IMG/VR virus record: IMGVR_UViG_3300022930_000013
Span: 1-40,842 of that record
Source of the DNA: a virus
Lineage: Duplodnaviria > Caudoviricetes
Length of the DNA stretch: 40,842 nt
Direction: 5' to 3' (one strand)
Shown here piece after piece: positions 6,785 to 16,374 of this stretch. Made by a program: the position numbers and the translations under genes. The notes below the pieces were generated by a model. It did not search any database and had not been told where the DNA came from. It saw only the letters and a program-made list of their open reading frames with translations. How positions within the stretch are numbered: the first letter of the stretch is position 1; every line of letters starts with the position of its first letter.

Positions 6785-7161
6785 ATTAGAATTACGAGTA
6801 TAAAAATAAATATTGGGGCAGAATATTTCGTTATATAATTTCCATAATAGTTAGCAATAATATCTTCAATTTCAGATTGTTGTTTAAATCTGTTGCTTAT
6901 TTTTATCACTACCATTATTACTGAAAAAAGCAGGTTTACCGAAAAACAGGCTATTATAGTAGAAATTATTATCTTATAAAGCAGCTTGTATTTTTCGCTA
7001 TTCGCAAGTGCTAAAATTAAAAGATGCATATAGGCAATATTTTCTAACAGTTCGTAAATATACCAATAATAAGAAAAGAAATGTGATATAAAGCCAAAAA
7101 GAGTTAATAGTCCTAATGAAAGAACTATCAACTCTCCTTTATACTTTAATTCAGAAATCAT
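6757..7161 (-). CDS. Multi-pass membrane protein (about 4 TM)
   Basis: Four hydrophobic segments in 134 aa. Confidence 0.7.
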   Translation of the reverse strand: MISELKYKGELIVLSLGLLTLFGFISHFFSYYWYIYELLENIAYMHLLILALANSEKYKLLYKIIISTIIACFSVNLLFSVIMVVIKISNRFKQQSEIEDIIANYYGNYITKYSAPIFIFILVILIWKVALKKK

Positions 7162-7376
7162 TAAAGTCTTGGCTTTCTTGGATAAGGAAGGATTCCCTCG
7201 CCTTGATCATCTTCAACATAAGCTTTTTTGCCTGTTGCAATAATTGCGTCATAACCGCTTTTAAGAGCAGCCAAGGTATCTGATTCGGTTTTTAGGTTGC
7301 TTGGCACAATAATAACAAAACTGTTATTTACTGCAACCCAGTCAATAGGGTTTTCCCCGTTGTTTCCTCCTGCCAT
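7161..7376 (-). CDS. Small hypothetical protein with a Pro/Arg-rich C-terminus
   Basis: 71 aa ending PYPRKPRL, with TAATG coupling to the membrane protein gene. Confidence 0.65.
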   Translation of the reverse strand: MAGGNNGENPIDWVAVNNSFVIIVPSNLKTESDTLAALKSGYDAIIATGKKAYVEDDQGEGILPYPRKPRL

Positions 7377-7423
7377 TTTAAATATTTTTTTAAGTTAGAT
7401 GTAAAAGTAATGAATTTTATTTA

Positions 7424-7525
7424 TATGTTTGCAATGTAATTATGAGCGTGGGGCAAATTAATTGCAATGAAAATTTAGATTAACCCTTTGATTTGAGAAC
7501 CCCACTTCTCCTTTCAAGGGGTTTT
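7424..7525 (+). promoter_or_regulatory. Promoter plus structured leader 2 (kissing-loop/attenuator-like)
   Basis: TATGTTTG at 7424-7431. Hairpin GTAATTA/TAATTGC has GTGGGG (7448-7453) in its loop, complementary to CCCCAC (7500-7505) in the loop of hairpin 7482-7523. Confidence 0.55.
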
Positions 7526-7548
7526 ATCGTTTAAATAAATATATTATT

Positions 7549-7824
7549 ATGAAAAAAAGATTTGTAATTACCAATTTACCAATAAGACTGCCTTTTCAAA
7601 GTACAATAATGTGGTCGTTTTTGCTTCACTATTTCAATGTAGATAATTTATATTGGGGAATTTTTATAACTTTTTATTCTATATTATGGATTGTTGCAAT
7701 TGCAATTAAATTTAATGAAATAAAGGTAGATTTAAACAGTACGGATGATGATAAGAAGAAAGTACTAAACAAAAGTAAGTTTCAAGATAGATTAAATGAA
7801 ATGATTAAAAACAAAGGTAATTAA
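7549..7824 (+). CDS. Small membrane protein (2 TM)
   Basis: Two hydrophobic segments. First gene of a plus-strand insert. Confidence 0.7.
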   Translation: MKKRFVITNLPIRLPFQSTIMWSFLLHYFNVDNLYWGIFITFYSILWIVAIAIKFNEIKVDLNSTDDDKKKVLNKSKFQDRLNEMIKNKGN

Positions 7825-7927
7825 TTATGAAATTCGACAAAAGATATGCCTACACAGTATTGCTAACAGCTTTTTTAATTTCTGTTTTAGTAGTGGGGTT
7901 TTTATTAAAATGTAATTTAGAGAAAAG

Positions 7928-8338
7928 ATGAAAGCAGAAGAATTGATGTTACTTAACTTTGTAAATTATCCTAAATGGCATAATAGCGGTGAGGATAAGT
8001 GTTGGATGGTTAAATCTATTGAGTGGAATATGAAAAAGATTTGGCTTACCGATGGATCGATAGAAACTTATGTTGATTTTTATATATTAAAACCAATACC
8101 TATTACAGAAGTATGGATTAAATATTTTGGACTGTCAGAATCAGAAAACGAAGAAGGAGATACTATATGGAAAAACGAAAATATAGAAATTGAAATATTT
8201 AATTATTCGAACAATAGTACATCTTGTTTTTTAACAAAAGTATTGACATTCCAAACGGAAATAGAACTTAGATATTTACATCAACTACAAAATTTATATT
8301 TCGCATTAACAGGAAGACAACTTCTTACAATTAAATAA
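7928..8338 (+). CDS. Hypothetical phage protein
   Basis: MKAEEL...LKPIPITE.W...FG...YLHQLQNLYFALTG is a pattern I recall from Bacteroidota phage proteins. Confidence 0.8.
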   Translation: MKAEELMLLNFVNYPKWHNSGEDKCWMVKSIEWNMKKIWLTDGSIETYVDFYILKPIPITEVWIKYFGLSESENEEGDTIWKNENIEIEIFNYSNNSTSCFLTKVLTFQTEIELRYLHQLQNLYFALTGRQLLTIK

Positions 8339-8340
8339 CT

Positions 8341-8604
8341 ATGAAACAATTAAATAATTCGTATTGGATAGCTTATTATGATAAGCTGATAAAATGTATT
8401 GAAAGCTGTATATCTATGAATCAGCTTTCTAGCTTATATAAGTTTTGGCTTCCATTTAGACAAAATAATACTTTAGGTTTTAATTATACATTATCTCTTA
8501 AAAATGCATTTGATAAAAAAAGACAAATACTTTTTGATATAATAAGATTGGATATTAAAAATTTAAAAACAAAAATAGAAACTAAAACCTTTGAAGTGAT
8601 ATAG
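8341..8604 (+). CDS. Hypothetical protein
   Basis: 87-aa ORF in the operon. Confidence 0.6.
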   Translation: MKQLNNSYWIAYYDKLIKCIESCISMNQLSSLYKFWLPFRQNNTLGFNYTLSLKNAFDKKRQILFDIIRLDIKNLKTKIETKTFEVI

Positions 8605-8622
8605 GGAACTTCTAAATTAATT

Positions 8623-8985
8623 ATGATTATATTTTTAATATTGATTGCGCTTACGTCAGCAGGGTTGCTTATAACTTATAAAAGTTATGATTATGACATT
8701 ATAGGAATTATAATGAGTATGATTTTTGGGTGCTATCTAATAATGCACACAATTATGTGGTCAGTTTCTAGCTATGGATATGAGATTTTTATGGTTAAGA
8801 GACAGGCTTTTGTTGAAACTTTAAAATATGCTAGGGAAAATAAAAATATGCTGGAATTAGCTTCAATTACAAAAGATATTTCAGAATGGAATCAAAAACT
8901 TTATGAGGCTAAATATGACAATAATGTTTTTTTATTAAAAGACTATATAGACGATAGGGTTGAAAGTTTAGAACCAATTAAATAA
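8623..8985 (+). CDS. Membrane protein (2 N-terminal TM)
   Basis: Two hydrophobic segments and a soluble tail. Confidence 0.7.
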   Translation: MIIFLILIALTSAGLLITYKSYDYDIIGIIMSMIFGCYLIMHTIMWSVSSYGYEIFMVKRQAFVETLKYARENKNMLELASITKDISEWNQKLYEAKYDNNVFLLKDYIDDRVESLEPIK

Positions 8986-9021
8986 AAAAAATCCCCTGTC
9001 GAATCAACGCAGGGGATTTTT
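8984..9021. terminator. Bidirectional intrinsic terminator
   Basis: AAAAATCCCCTG..CAGGGGATTTTT between convergent genes. Confidence 0.85.
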
Positions 9022-9040
9022 CATTTTAAACATATAATGC

Positions 9041-9280
9041 TTAATTCTTCTTTTCGTATTCAACTCCAAACATTTTAGATAATCCAAACATAAAAGCATC
9101 TAGGGTTTTCAAGCCTAATAATACCTCGTATTTCATTGATTCTTCTAATATATTTGTTCCTGCCATAAATATAGTTATTGCGGACGTTATAAGTAAAGTT
9201 ATCCTAAACATATTCTTTGCCCATCGTGGAGTTTCAGAGTTTATTGCTTTTGCTGAAAAAGCATAGTTTGTCTTTTTCAT
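9041..9280 (-). CDS. Holin-like small membrane protein
   Basis: 79 aa with a TPRWAK lead-in, two hydrophobic segments and a charged C-terminus, at the end of the structural operon. Confidence 0.55.
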   Translation of the reverse strand: MKKTNYAFSAKAINSETPRWAKNMFRITLLITSAITIFMAGTNILEESMKYEVLLGLKTLDAFMFGLSKMFGVEYEKKN

Positions 9281-10164
9281 CAGTACGTTATTTCAGTTCC
9301 TGTTACATAAGCCACGCTTGCTGTTCCTGTTGTTGCCGTTCTTATCCTCACTAAAGCATTTGCAGGAATTACGCCCGTCAATGTTCCTGTCTGTGTGTTT
9401 GTCAATTGTATAGCCACCGTTACGCCAACACCGCTAGAGTTACCGCTTTGAGAAGGAGTAAGCCACGTTGTACCGCCGTTTAATGAATATTCCAAATAAG
9501 CCGTTGCAGTAGATGTGCCAATTAGCAAAGGATTGGTCACCGTACAGCTTACAGCATAAGATACAATTGCGGGTTTGGTAGTCGAAATGGTAAAGTTAGA
9601 ATTTAATAATTTCGATATTACAGGCGTTACCGTTGGCTGAACTACGGATATAGTAAGATTTGGAGCAGTACCGGTTATTACTATTCCATTGCCGGCGGTA
9701 TAGTTGTTTGCAACAGGAAGCGTTACGCTGTTTCCGTTTGTAATGCTTAATAAGTTTCCTGACAAAGAAAGGCTTTGCAGTTCGTTGGTAGGACTGTTAT
9801 CGGCAACAGCAGGAAAGTTCTTAGGAACGCCCAAGCCGTCTAAATATTGGCTAGTTAATCCGTTTGGATTATTTAGTTTTAAAGACAATCCTGCATTTAC
9901 AAAACTTTCAGAAGCAAAATAGTTCCAAGTTGTACCATTATTGTACTCAGGTTTTAATGTGGATGAATTAATTTGTATCCTTCCTGTTTCTCTGAGAGAT
10001 GTAAATATTTGATTGTGATCCCTTAAAGGAAGAAGAATTATGAGGTCTGCCCCAACGCCTCCCTTATTTTGAGTGTGCATCCAAGACGTCCCTACCTCAT
10101 TTATTGTTTCTGTTTGAGAAAAACAAATAAAAGGCAACAAAATTATAAATATAAATTTTTTCAT
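9280..10164 (-). CDS. Thr/Gly-rich fibre-like protein with an apparent signal peptide
   Basis: N-terminus MKKFIFIILLPFICFS/Q, a DNSPTNELQSLSLSGNLLSITNGNSVTLP module, and a beta-rich C-terminus. Confidence 0.7.
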   Translation of the reverse strand: MKKFIFIILLPFICFSQTETINEVGTSWMHTQNKGGVGADLIILLPLRDHNQIFTSLRETGRIQINSSTLKPEYNNGTTWNYFASESFVNAGLSLKLNNPNGLTSQYLDGLGVPKNFPAVADNSPTNELQSLSLSGNLLSITNGNSVTLPVANNYTAGNGIVITGTAPNLTISVVQPTVTPVISKLLNSNFTISTTKPAIVSYAVSCTVTNPLLIGTSTATAYLEYSLNGGTTWLTPSQSGNSSGVGVTVAIQLTNTQTGTLTGVIPANALVRIRTATTGTASVAYVTGTEITY

Positions 10165-10166
10165 TA

Positions 10167-10592
10167 TTAAATTGGTTTATAGGTTATTCTTAATTTATCT
10201 CCTATGGCTACAGAAAAATTCAATTCTCCCGTAACAGGATTATGCGTAGGAATAGAAGATACTACAACTCCGTTTACAGCTACTACAAATATGTCGTACT
10301 TGCCTATCAATTCAGGAATAATAGGATTCCCGTTTACCGTAGAAATGTGATCGCAACCTATAAGCATTCTTCCTTTTGCCTTGTAATCGTCAAAATCAAA
10401 ATCGGGCATCAATGTTTTTACCTTTAAAATAAAATCTTCAATGTAATACTGCCTGTTAGCTAATTCATTTGCAGGTATAGGTACTCCATCATAAAGAAAT
10501 CTTATTATATAGTCGTTGTAACTCGATAAGCCTAAATTCATAAAGGCATCCCAAGTGGAGATCTGTTCCTGGTGTTCTAATGGTATTTCCAT
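10167..10592 (-). CDS. Hypothetical protein (tail-fibre associated)
   Basis: 141-aa ORF directly after the fibre gene. Confidence 0.7.
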   Translation of the reverse strand: MEIPLEHQEQISTWDAFMNLGLSSYNDYIIRFLYDGVPIPANELANRQYYIEDFILKVKTLMPDFDFDDYKAKGRMLIGCDHISTVNGNPIIPELIGKYDIFVVAVNGVVVSSIPTHNPVTGELNFSVAIGDKLRITYKPI

Positions 10593-10610
10593 ATATTCAA
10601 TATTAATTGG

Positions 10611-12848
10611 TTAATCTTTAAGATGGATTTTGATTCTGTGGAAATCTAATCCTATGGCTACATTACTTGCGGCATTCATTCTGCAAATGTTTGGAGATAA
10701 TGCCTGTGTAAGAATGGCAGAAAAAGATCCAGTCCTTACAGCTCCGTTTGTTAAATTTTTAACATTGTAAAATACATCTGTATTTATTTCTTTCCTGAAA
10801 AAAGAAACAAAATATTCATCCGTATTGTTTTTTACAAAATCAGTTCCTAGATTTATTTTGGCGTAAGCCAAAGATGCATTTCTGTAGCCTATGCTTAAAT
10901 TAGTATCAGCAGAATCAGCCATTAATCCAAAACCTTGATTATTTGCAGATATATCTGTGTTTGCAGGTATAGCAACCCCTCCGAATCCAATATTTAACCT
11001 TAAGTCAGTAACTAATGAAGCGTCATTAGCTTTCACTCTGCATTCAAAATAAAAAGCAGCACCTGGCAGAATTCTATTAAAAGAAGCGTCACGGATGCCT
11101 ATTACTTTTCCTGCTGTTGCCGTAGATACTATTCTTCTGTAGCTTAAAAAGTTTGTTGAAAAAAGATCTGTAACGGTGTCTCCGTAAGTAGCTATGCTTC
11201 CTATTCCGTATTGCCCTAAAGATGCCCCAGTAGCCTGAACCCAATATTCTATAGGCATATCTAGCCACGGTTTTATCATTGAATCAACGTACTCTTTTAC
11301 CGCTCTTTGGGTAGGATATGATGTAGTTGATGTCCCTAAAGAACCATTGTCCGACTTGTTCGCTTGGTTTTCTGCAACATATCCAAAATTATGCTCAGTA
11401 ACTACCCAATTTGATGAAGTTTGCCCAGGAGTATTCACCAACGCCCTCACAACATCACCAATCCCAACTGAAATACCACCTAAAGTACCCGCAACTGAAA
11501 CAGTCCACAAATCACCCTTTAATACAGTTCCTGAAGTTCCGCTTCCACCCGTAGAAGGAAACAAATTTGTAGACGCATCATAATTGCCCCTGTCATCCAA
11601 CAGTCCGACTACTAATGCGTCCGCATACGACTTTGCGTTGTTTTCAGCCGTTGTAGCATATAATTGCGCTACTTCAGGAGTTGTGACGTTTAAAACAGGA
11701 TTTGCAGGGTCTGAATTATTTACAGCAAGCGGGTTTAAGGCAGTAACACTTTGAACAGTACCTGAACCGCCTCCCTGCGACCTGCTATAGCTTGCGAATA
11801 TAAGCTCTAAGCCTCTTGGAATATAAGTAGTAATACTTCCGTATTCTGAAACATGATCATTGCCGTCAGGATTTATAAACCTGTAATCCGATCCTATTGA
11901 CGCATTATTTTTAAGCACTGCACTTTCTCCCGAATTATTAAATATTACTATAGGCTTTCCTTCAGAAATGAAATCTTCATTGCTTGGAGTTGACAAAAAA
12001 CTTCCTGAAATTCCTAAAAGCGTTCTAGTACCTCCTATCTGTTTTATTTCATAGCTTGATTTTCCCTGATTCGGCGCAATATAATTATCTGTTTCAGAAA
12101 ATATAGTAGTGAATTGATAGCTTGAATAAGTTACATATCTTCCTAAGGTTGGATTAACAGGCTCTTCCTGTATATTATCTTCATATATGCTTATCGTGGT
12201 CAGTAGCAATTCCCCTTGTCCTTCTGCATAAGCAGGAGCAACAGCCGTTCCGCTTCCCGCTGAAGGAATTCCTTCTCTTTTTATAATACTGTCGTTTGGC
12301 AATGCCAAAAGTATGTCAATTCTGCTTTCTCCGGTTCCTGCAGGACTTATTGGAAAATCCCTTACATCTTCATTAGAATTAGGAAGCCCTGCTATTATCC
12401 ACTTAAATACGGGATTTACATAAACAATATTTGAGGAAAGATCAATGGTAGATAATTGAATAAACCTATCAGGTTCTATAGGTTCGTTGTTTCTCCAATA
12501 TCCATTAAAATACTGCCACAAAACAAGGCTTTCATCATCCGGATCAGTCTGAATGTAAAAATCAGCTTCTTTCGAATCAGGAGGCGATACTGTATTAGGG
12601 TTTTCTTGTCCCCTCCATACCTTTACAGTATTTCCATTTTCAAGCTGAACATCGTTAAGTATGCTATTTATAGCGGCTACTAAGTTATCAGTATCTGAAG
12701 TTGTCAGCTGCGTAATATCTCCTATAAGATCATTTGACTGATTTACTATAGCATCTAAAACAGGGTTTAAAGTATTGGCCGTTATTTCATTATTTGCATT
12801 TGCATAAATGAACTGATCTATTAATTCTATTACTTCCTGTCTAGTCAT
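10611..12848 (-). CDS. Tail fibre / receptor-binding-like protein
   Basis: Likely start MTRQEVIE at 12848. Mosaic of fibre-like modules (LVAAIN; GNYDASTN..P..KGD.W.VSVAGT; YPTQRAVKEYVD). Confidence 0.7.
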   Translation of the reverse strand: MTRQEVIELIDQFIYANANNEITANTLNPVLDAIVNQSNDLIGDITQLTTSDTDNLVAAINSILNDVQLENGNTVKVWRGQENPNTVSPPDSKEADFYIQTDPDDESLVLWQYFNGYWRNNEPIEPDRFIQLSTIDLSSNIVYVNPVFKWIIAGLPNSNEDVRDFPISPAGTGESRIDILLALPNDSIIKREGIPSAGSGTAVAPAYAEGQGELLLTTISIYEDNIQEEPVNPTLGRYVTYSSYQFTTIFSETDNYIAPNQGKSSYEIKQIGGTRTLLGISGSFLSTPSNEDFISEGKPIVIFNNSGESAVLKNNASIGSDYRFINPDGNDHVSEYGSITTYIPRGLELIFASYSRSQGGGSGTVQSVTALNPLAVNNSDPANPVLNVTTPEVAQLYATTAENNAKSYADALVVGLLDDRGNYDASTNLFPSTGGSGTSGTVLKGDLWTVSVAGTLGGISVGIGDVVRALVNTPGQTSSNWVVTEHNFGYVAENQANKSDNGSLGTSTTSYPTQRAVKEYVDSMIKPWLDMPIEYWVQATGASLGQYGIGSIATYGDTVTDLFSTNFLSYRRIVSTATAGKVIGIRDASFNRILPGAAFYFECRVKANDASLVTDLRLNIGFGGVAIPANTDISANNQGFGLMADSADTNLSIGYRNASLAYAKINLGTDFVKNNTDEYFVSFFRKEINTDVFYNVKNLTNGAVRTGSFSAILTQALSPNICRMNAASNVAIGLDFHRIKIHLKD

Positions 12849-13479
12849 TGTTGAAGTCGTTATTAAAGTCGTTATTAAAATCTCCATTAATTTCAAATGG
12901 AATATTTTGGAAATTATTATTGAAATCAATTATTTCGTTTCCTAATTCAGAACTCTTGTATATGTATGGCGAATAATCTTCTAAAGATTCTGAAAGGCTT
13001 TTTAGCTGTATAACGCTTCCTCCCCCTCCATTTTGCGCGTCATAAGTATATCCTGATGTTGATAGTCCGAAATCAAATCCGTATATTTCAATAGTTCCGT
13101 CATAAAATTGAAGTGCCGCGAAATAATCTCCATAATCTAGCTGATCTAAAATACATTTTGTTTCTTCATCAATCCCGCTGATTATTATTGTAACGTTGTG
13201 CAAATATTGAGGTATTCCCTCTGAAACTGTCTTTTCAAAATTTGCAAATATAGCTGATGAATTTTCATTTACTGAAAATCTATATCCTGTTTTATTTTGA
13301 ATAAGGTTAAATAAAACTCTATGTCTGCATTCGTATTCGTCATTTATTGATACGGTACTCGTAAGCACTAGCTTGTTCAGCAAATCTTCACGGTTTACCA
13401 ATACTACTTGCTGATAATACTTATTAGCTTTAGGCTTGCATTCTGTATTTTGCCCCTGCCTTAATTTTGCGCAGTTCAT
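12841..13479 (-). CDS. Structural protein, paralog of 15752..16354 (tail-tube-like)
   Basis: Shares KY.QQ...N..D and ALQF.DGTIEIYG...GLS....YD.Q.GGGG with 15752..16354. Ends in (DFNN)x3. Confidence 0.7.
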   Translation of the reverse strand: MNCAKLRQGQNTECKPKANKYYQQVVLVNREDLLNKLVLTSTVSINDEYECRHRVLFNLIQNKTGYRFSVNENSSAIFANFEKTVSEGIPQYLHNVTIIISGIDEETKCILDQLDYGDYFAALQFYDGTIEIYGFDFGLSTSGYTYDAQNGGGGSVIQLKSLSESLEDYSPYIYKSSELGNEIIDFNNNFQNIPFEINGDFNNDFNNDFNND

Positions 13480-14111
13480 AATCTTTTTGTTATGTTATTG
13501 CCTCTTATGCCATATCCTTTTGCCAAAGTTACGTTTCCACATTTTTCGCAACTGCATCCGCACCCAACGCAATTTTTTGAATTAAAGTCAGTAAATATTT
13601 CCTTTTTATTGCAAAGGAACATTTCTGCCCTTTTAAATATTTCATAACCCATAGTTCTGTATCTATCTGCAAAAGATTCTAATTCCTTTAAAGTCTTAGG
13701 TATTGAAAATTCATTTTCCTTTGTTACAAATCCCGTAGGCGTGTCGTTCCATCCATTAAGTATAACATATCTTGAATAAGCATAAAGAACCGCTATTTTT
13801 TTTACTCCTTCAAAATTTCTATTCTTTCCTGAGCAGTTTTGAAATACGCCTCCGTAAATCAACGATTTTTTATCTTGGTAATCTTGAACTACTGGAATAA
13901 GAGAAATACAAGATGCGTCTCCATTGCAATTTTTAACAGCTAGATCATATGCATCTACTTCATTCCAATATTCTATAATTTCATTCCAAAAATCACAAAA
14001 AAGGCTGCTCAAATCAAAGTCTAAAGCTTGCCTTTCTGCAACGCAAAGTTTTGAATTGTCGCAATGCTTAGCAACTATTCCAATACATATATAATCATCA
14101 GGTAACAGCAT
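13476..14111 (-). CDS. Putative head-tail adaptor
   Basis: Lies after the portal. G.KK....YAYSRY......DTPTG.V.K pattern and a Cys-rich tail. Confidence 0.55.
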   Translation of the reverse strand: MLLPDDYICIGIVAKHCDNSKLCVAERQALDFDLSSLFCDFWNEIIEYWNEVDAYDLAVKNCNGDASCISLIPVVQDYQDKKSLIYGGVFQNCSGKNRNFEGVKKIAVLYAYSRYVILNGWNDTPTGFVTKENEFSIPKTLKELESFADRYRTMGYEIFKRAEMFLCNKKEIFTDFNSKNCVGCGCSCEKCGNVTLAKGYGIRGNNITKRL

Positions 14112-14118
14112 CTTTTTA

Positions 14119-15297
14119 TTATTTTATTTCAGGTTTTTTTTTAACTATAGGCTCAATTTCGCAAGGAAATCCTAAATAAGTAAGGGTTTCCGAAAGATGC
14201 CACCTTTCATCTTCAGTCTGTTCAGAGTAAAAAAGTTTAGCTTGTTCATACATGTCTCCTGAAGTTCCAAATAAAGCACCGTCCCCAGCCATAAAAAGAA
14301 CTGTTGGAAGATTATTTGCCTGTCCTAGTATAAGAGTTTCAAGCCACTTCCTTGTTTCTGAAAAAAGCTTTTCATCAAATTGAGCATCTACCTTTAATAT
14401 CTTAAGAACATTGTCTAAATTATCTGTCTGAGCTACATCAAGCTGATAAACTCCTTGTGAGTTTCCTGCTCCAAGCCAATTAGCTATATCTTGCTGTACT
14501 TTTTTTGAAGTTTCTTCGTCTAGTCCCTGGGTAAGAACGGCTATCTTTCCAATCAATCCCGAGCGCCATTGCTCGTTAGTGTAAAGTCCAAGCCTGTATT
14601 CAGTATCGCAATGATTATAAACTGCATCGAAAGGAGATAGCGCATATTTGTATTCAGGAGTAAGATTGTCATAAAAAACCTGACCCCTATAGTATGGAAG
14701 CATTTCCTGCAAAGATATATTATCTACGTCTGCATCAGAATTTCTCTCTTTATAATCTCTCTTTATCTGTGATATCACAACATTAGGATCAGGATTAAAT
14801 GGATAGAACCATTTTTCTTTAGATTTTTTCTTTACGAAATTAGATTTCTTTTCCTTAAAATCCTTATAGACTATTTTTCCTTCATTTCCTTCATCGTCTT
14901 CATTGTGGATTCTACATTTAGGATAATCTAAAATATCTAGTGTTTTAGGCTTTACAGACAATAAGTCATCTGTCAACCCATAACCTACATGATCCCAAGA
15001 ACCTCCCTGCTTAGAAAAGTTCTGAGCTTTTATATATGCAATTCTTGATAGCTTATAATTTTTTTTAGGATTTACGATAATATCTTGACTTTCATCTGTA
15101 AGTCCTTTGCCTGAAATAAACTTCCCGAATATCTTTGAAGCACGGACGGCAGTAGGCGAATTTGCTATAACACCCTCAATTTCATAAGGGTATAAATTAT
15201 CCTCTCCATTCCAATAAACCTTTCCTTCTTTATCTTCATTGACGGAAATAATTCTTTGGAATATCTCTATAAGCGTTGCTCTTACTTTGATACTCAT
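14119..15297 (-). CDS. Putative portal protein
   Basis: 392 aa with portal-like segments WNGEDNLYP, SPTA.RA......I.GKG and GAGNS, in head-operon context. Confidence 0.7.
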   Translation of the reverse strand: MSIKVRATLIEIFQRIISVNEDKEGKVYWNGEDNLYPYEIEGVIANSPTAVRASKIFGKFISGKGLTDESQDIIVNPKKNYKLSRIAYIKAQNFSKQGGSWDHVGYGLTDDLLSVKPKTLDILDYPKCRIHNEDDEGNEGKIVYKDFKEKKSNFVKKKSKEKWFYPFNPDPNVVISQIKRDYKERNSDADVDNISLQEMLPYYRGQVFYDNLTPEYKYALSPFDAVYNHCDTEYRLGLYTNEQWRSGLIGKIAVLTQGLDEETSKKVQQDIANWLGAGNSQGVYQLDVAQTDNLDNVLKILKVDAQFDEKLFSETRKWLETLILGQANNLPTVLFMAGDGALFGTSGDMYEQAKLFYSEQTEDERWHLSETLTYLGFPCEIEPIVKKKPEIK

Positions 15298-15752
15298 TAT
15301 TCTTTTTTACTTCTAGGTTTTCTAGTCTTATTTTCCTTAACCTCTGGAGAAGTTAAATTTTCATCTTTAATTTTAGGAAGTTTTGAGAATAATTTTTTAC
15401 GATCATTAATTTCATCTTCACTTCCGTTTGATAAAAATTCATTTACAAATTCCTCAGTAAGTGAATTGTTATATTTTCTAAAAGTCCTTCCGTCTTTTTT
15501 ATATGATAGTATTTGGACTTTGCTTGGTTTTAATACGAATGTAGCCATTGTTTTTTCTTTTTGTAAAGTTACTAAATTTTCAGTTCCGTTTATCTTTCTG
15601 ACTAATTTTATCCAGTCAGAATTAAAAGTACAACCCGCGCAGTTTGGCTTTACACCGAACTCTTTAAAAAACGATTCGATGTAAAACAACATAAGGTTAG
15701 AATCTCTCCTAACCTTACTTGAATCTATTAATATTAGATCTTTAACTGTCAT
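15297..15752 (-). CDS. Hypothetical protein (CxxC)
   Basis: 151-aa ORF with TAATG coupling, PNCAGC and a basic C-terminus. Confidence 0.7.
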   Translation of the reverse strand: MTVKDLILIDSSKVRRDSNLMLFYIESFFKEFGVKPNCAGCTFNSDWIKLVRKINGTENLVTLQKEKTMATFVLKPSKVQILSYKKDGRTFRKYNNSLTEEFVNEFLSNGSEDEINDRKKLFSKLPKIKDENLTSPEVKENKTRKPRSKKE

Positions 15753-16354
15753 TATGCCTCATTTTCAAAGTCAGCATCAAAGTCGGCAATCTCAGATCCA
15801 GGAGTTCCTGATTTGTAAACTAAAGGAAGGAAGCCTTCAGGAGCATCATCTTTGCTTGAAAGCACCATAACTGCACCTCCTCCACCGTCCTGAATATCAT
15901 AAGTCCCGTCAACCATTGAAAGTCCGTTTTGAATTCCATAGATCTCAATAGTGCCGTCAGCAAATTGAAGGGCAACTACAAATTTACCGCGAATCAATGC
16001 ATCTAATCGGCATTTATCTTCTTCTGTTACTCCTGCTACCATCATCTGCACATTGTGCTTGAAATCAGGAGTGCCGAATGTTTCAGAGGTTGTAGTGTCT
16101 ACATATCCTTTATAAGTACTTCCATTTTCTGATCCTGTAAAGTGAAATCCTTTTTTACCTGCAAGCAAATCAAAGGCAACATTGTAAGCGCATACTGTAG
16201 GTGTCGCGCCAACAGGAGCTGTAATTACAATAGTAGATCGATCAATGTCTGATGTATTAATAACGCTTATCTGCTGTGCATATTTTCTTTGAGGAGCGGC
16301 GCAGGAGTAATCCGCACCGCTTTTTAATGTTCCACAAACGCTTGGTATAGCCAT
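15752..16354 (-). CDS. Major tail-tube-like structural protein
   Basis: Likely start MAIPSVCG at 16354 (200 aa). Follows the capsid gene and has acidic, beta-rich composition. Confidence 0.6.
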   Translation of the reverse strand: MAIPSVCGTLKSGADYSCAAPQRKYAQQISVINTSDIDRSTIVITAPVGATPTVCAYNVAFDLLAGKKGFHFTGSENGSTYKGYVDTTTSETFGTPDFKHNVQMMVAGVTEEDKCRLDALIRGKFVVALQFADGTIEIYGIQNGLSMVDGTYDIQDGGGGAVMVLSSKDDAPEGFLPLVYKSGTPGSEIADFDADFENEA

Positions 16355-16374
16355 AATTTTATAATTTAAAGTTA

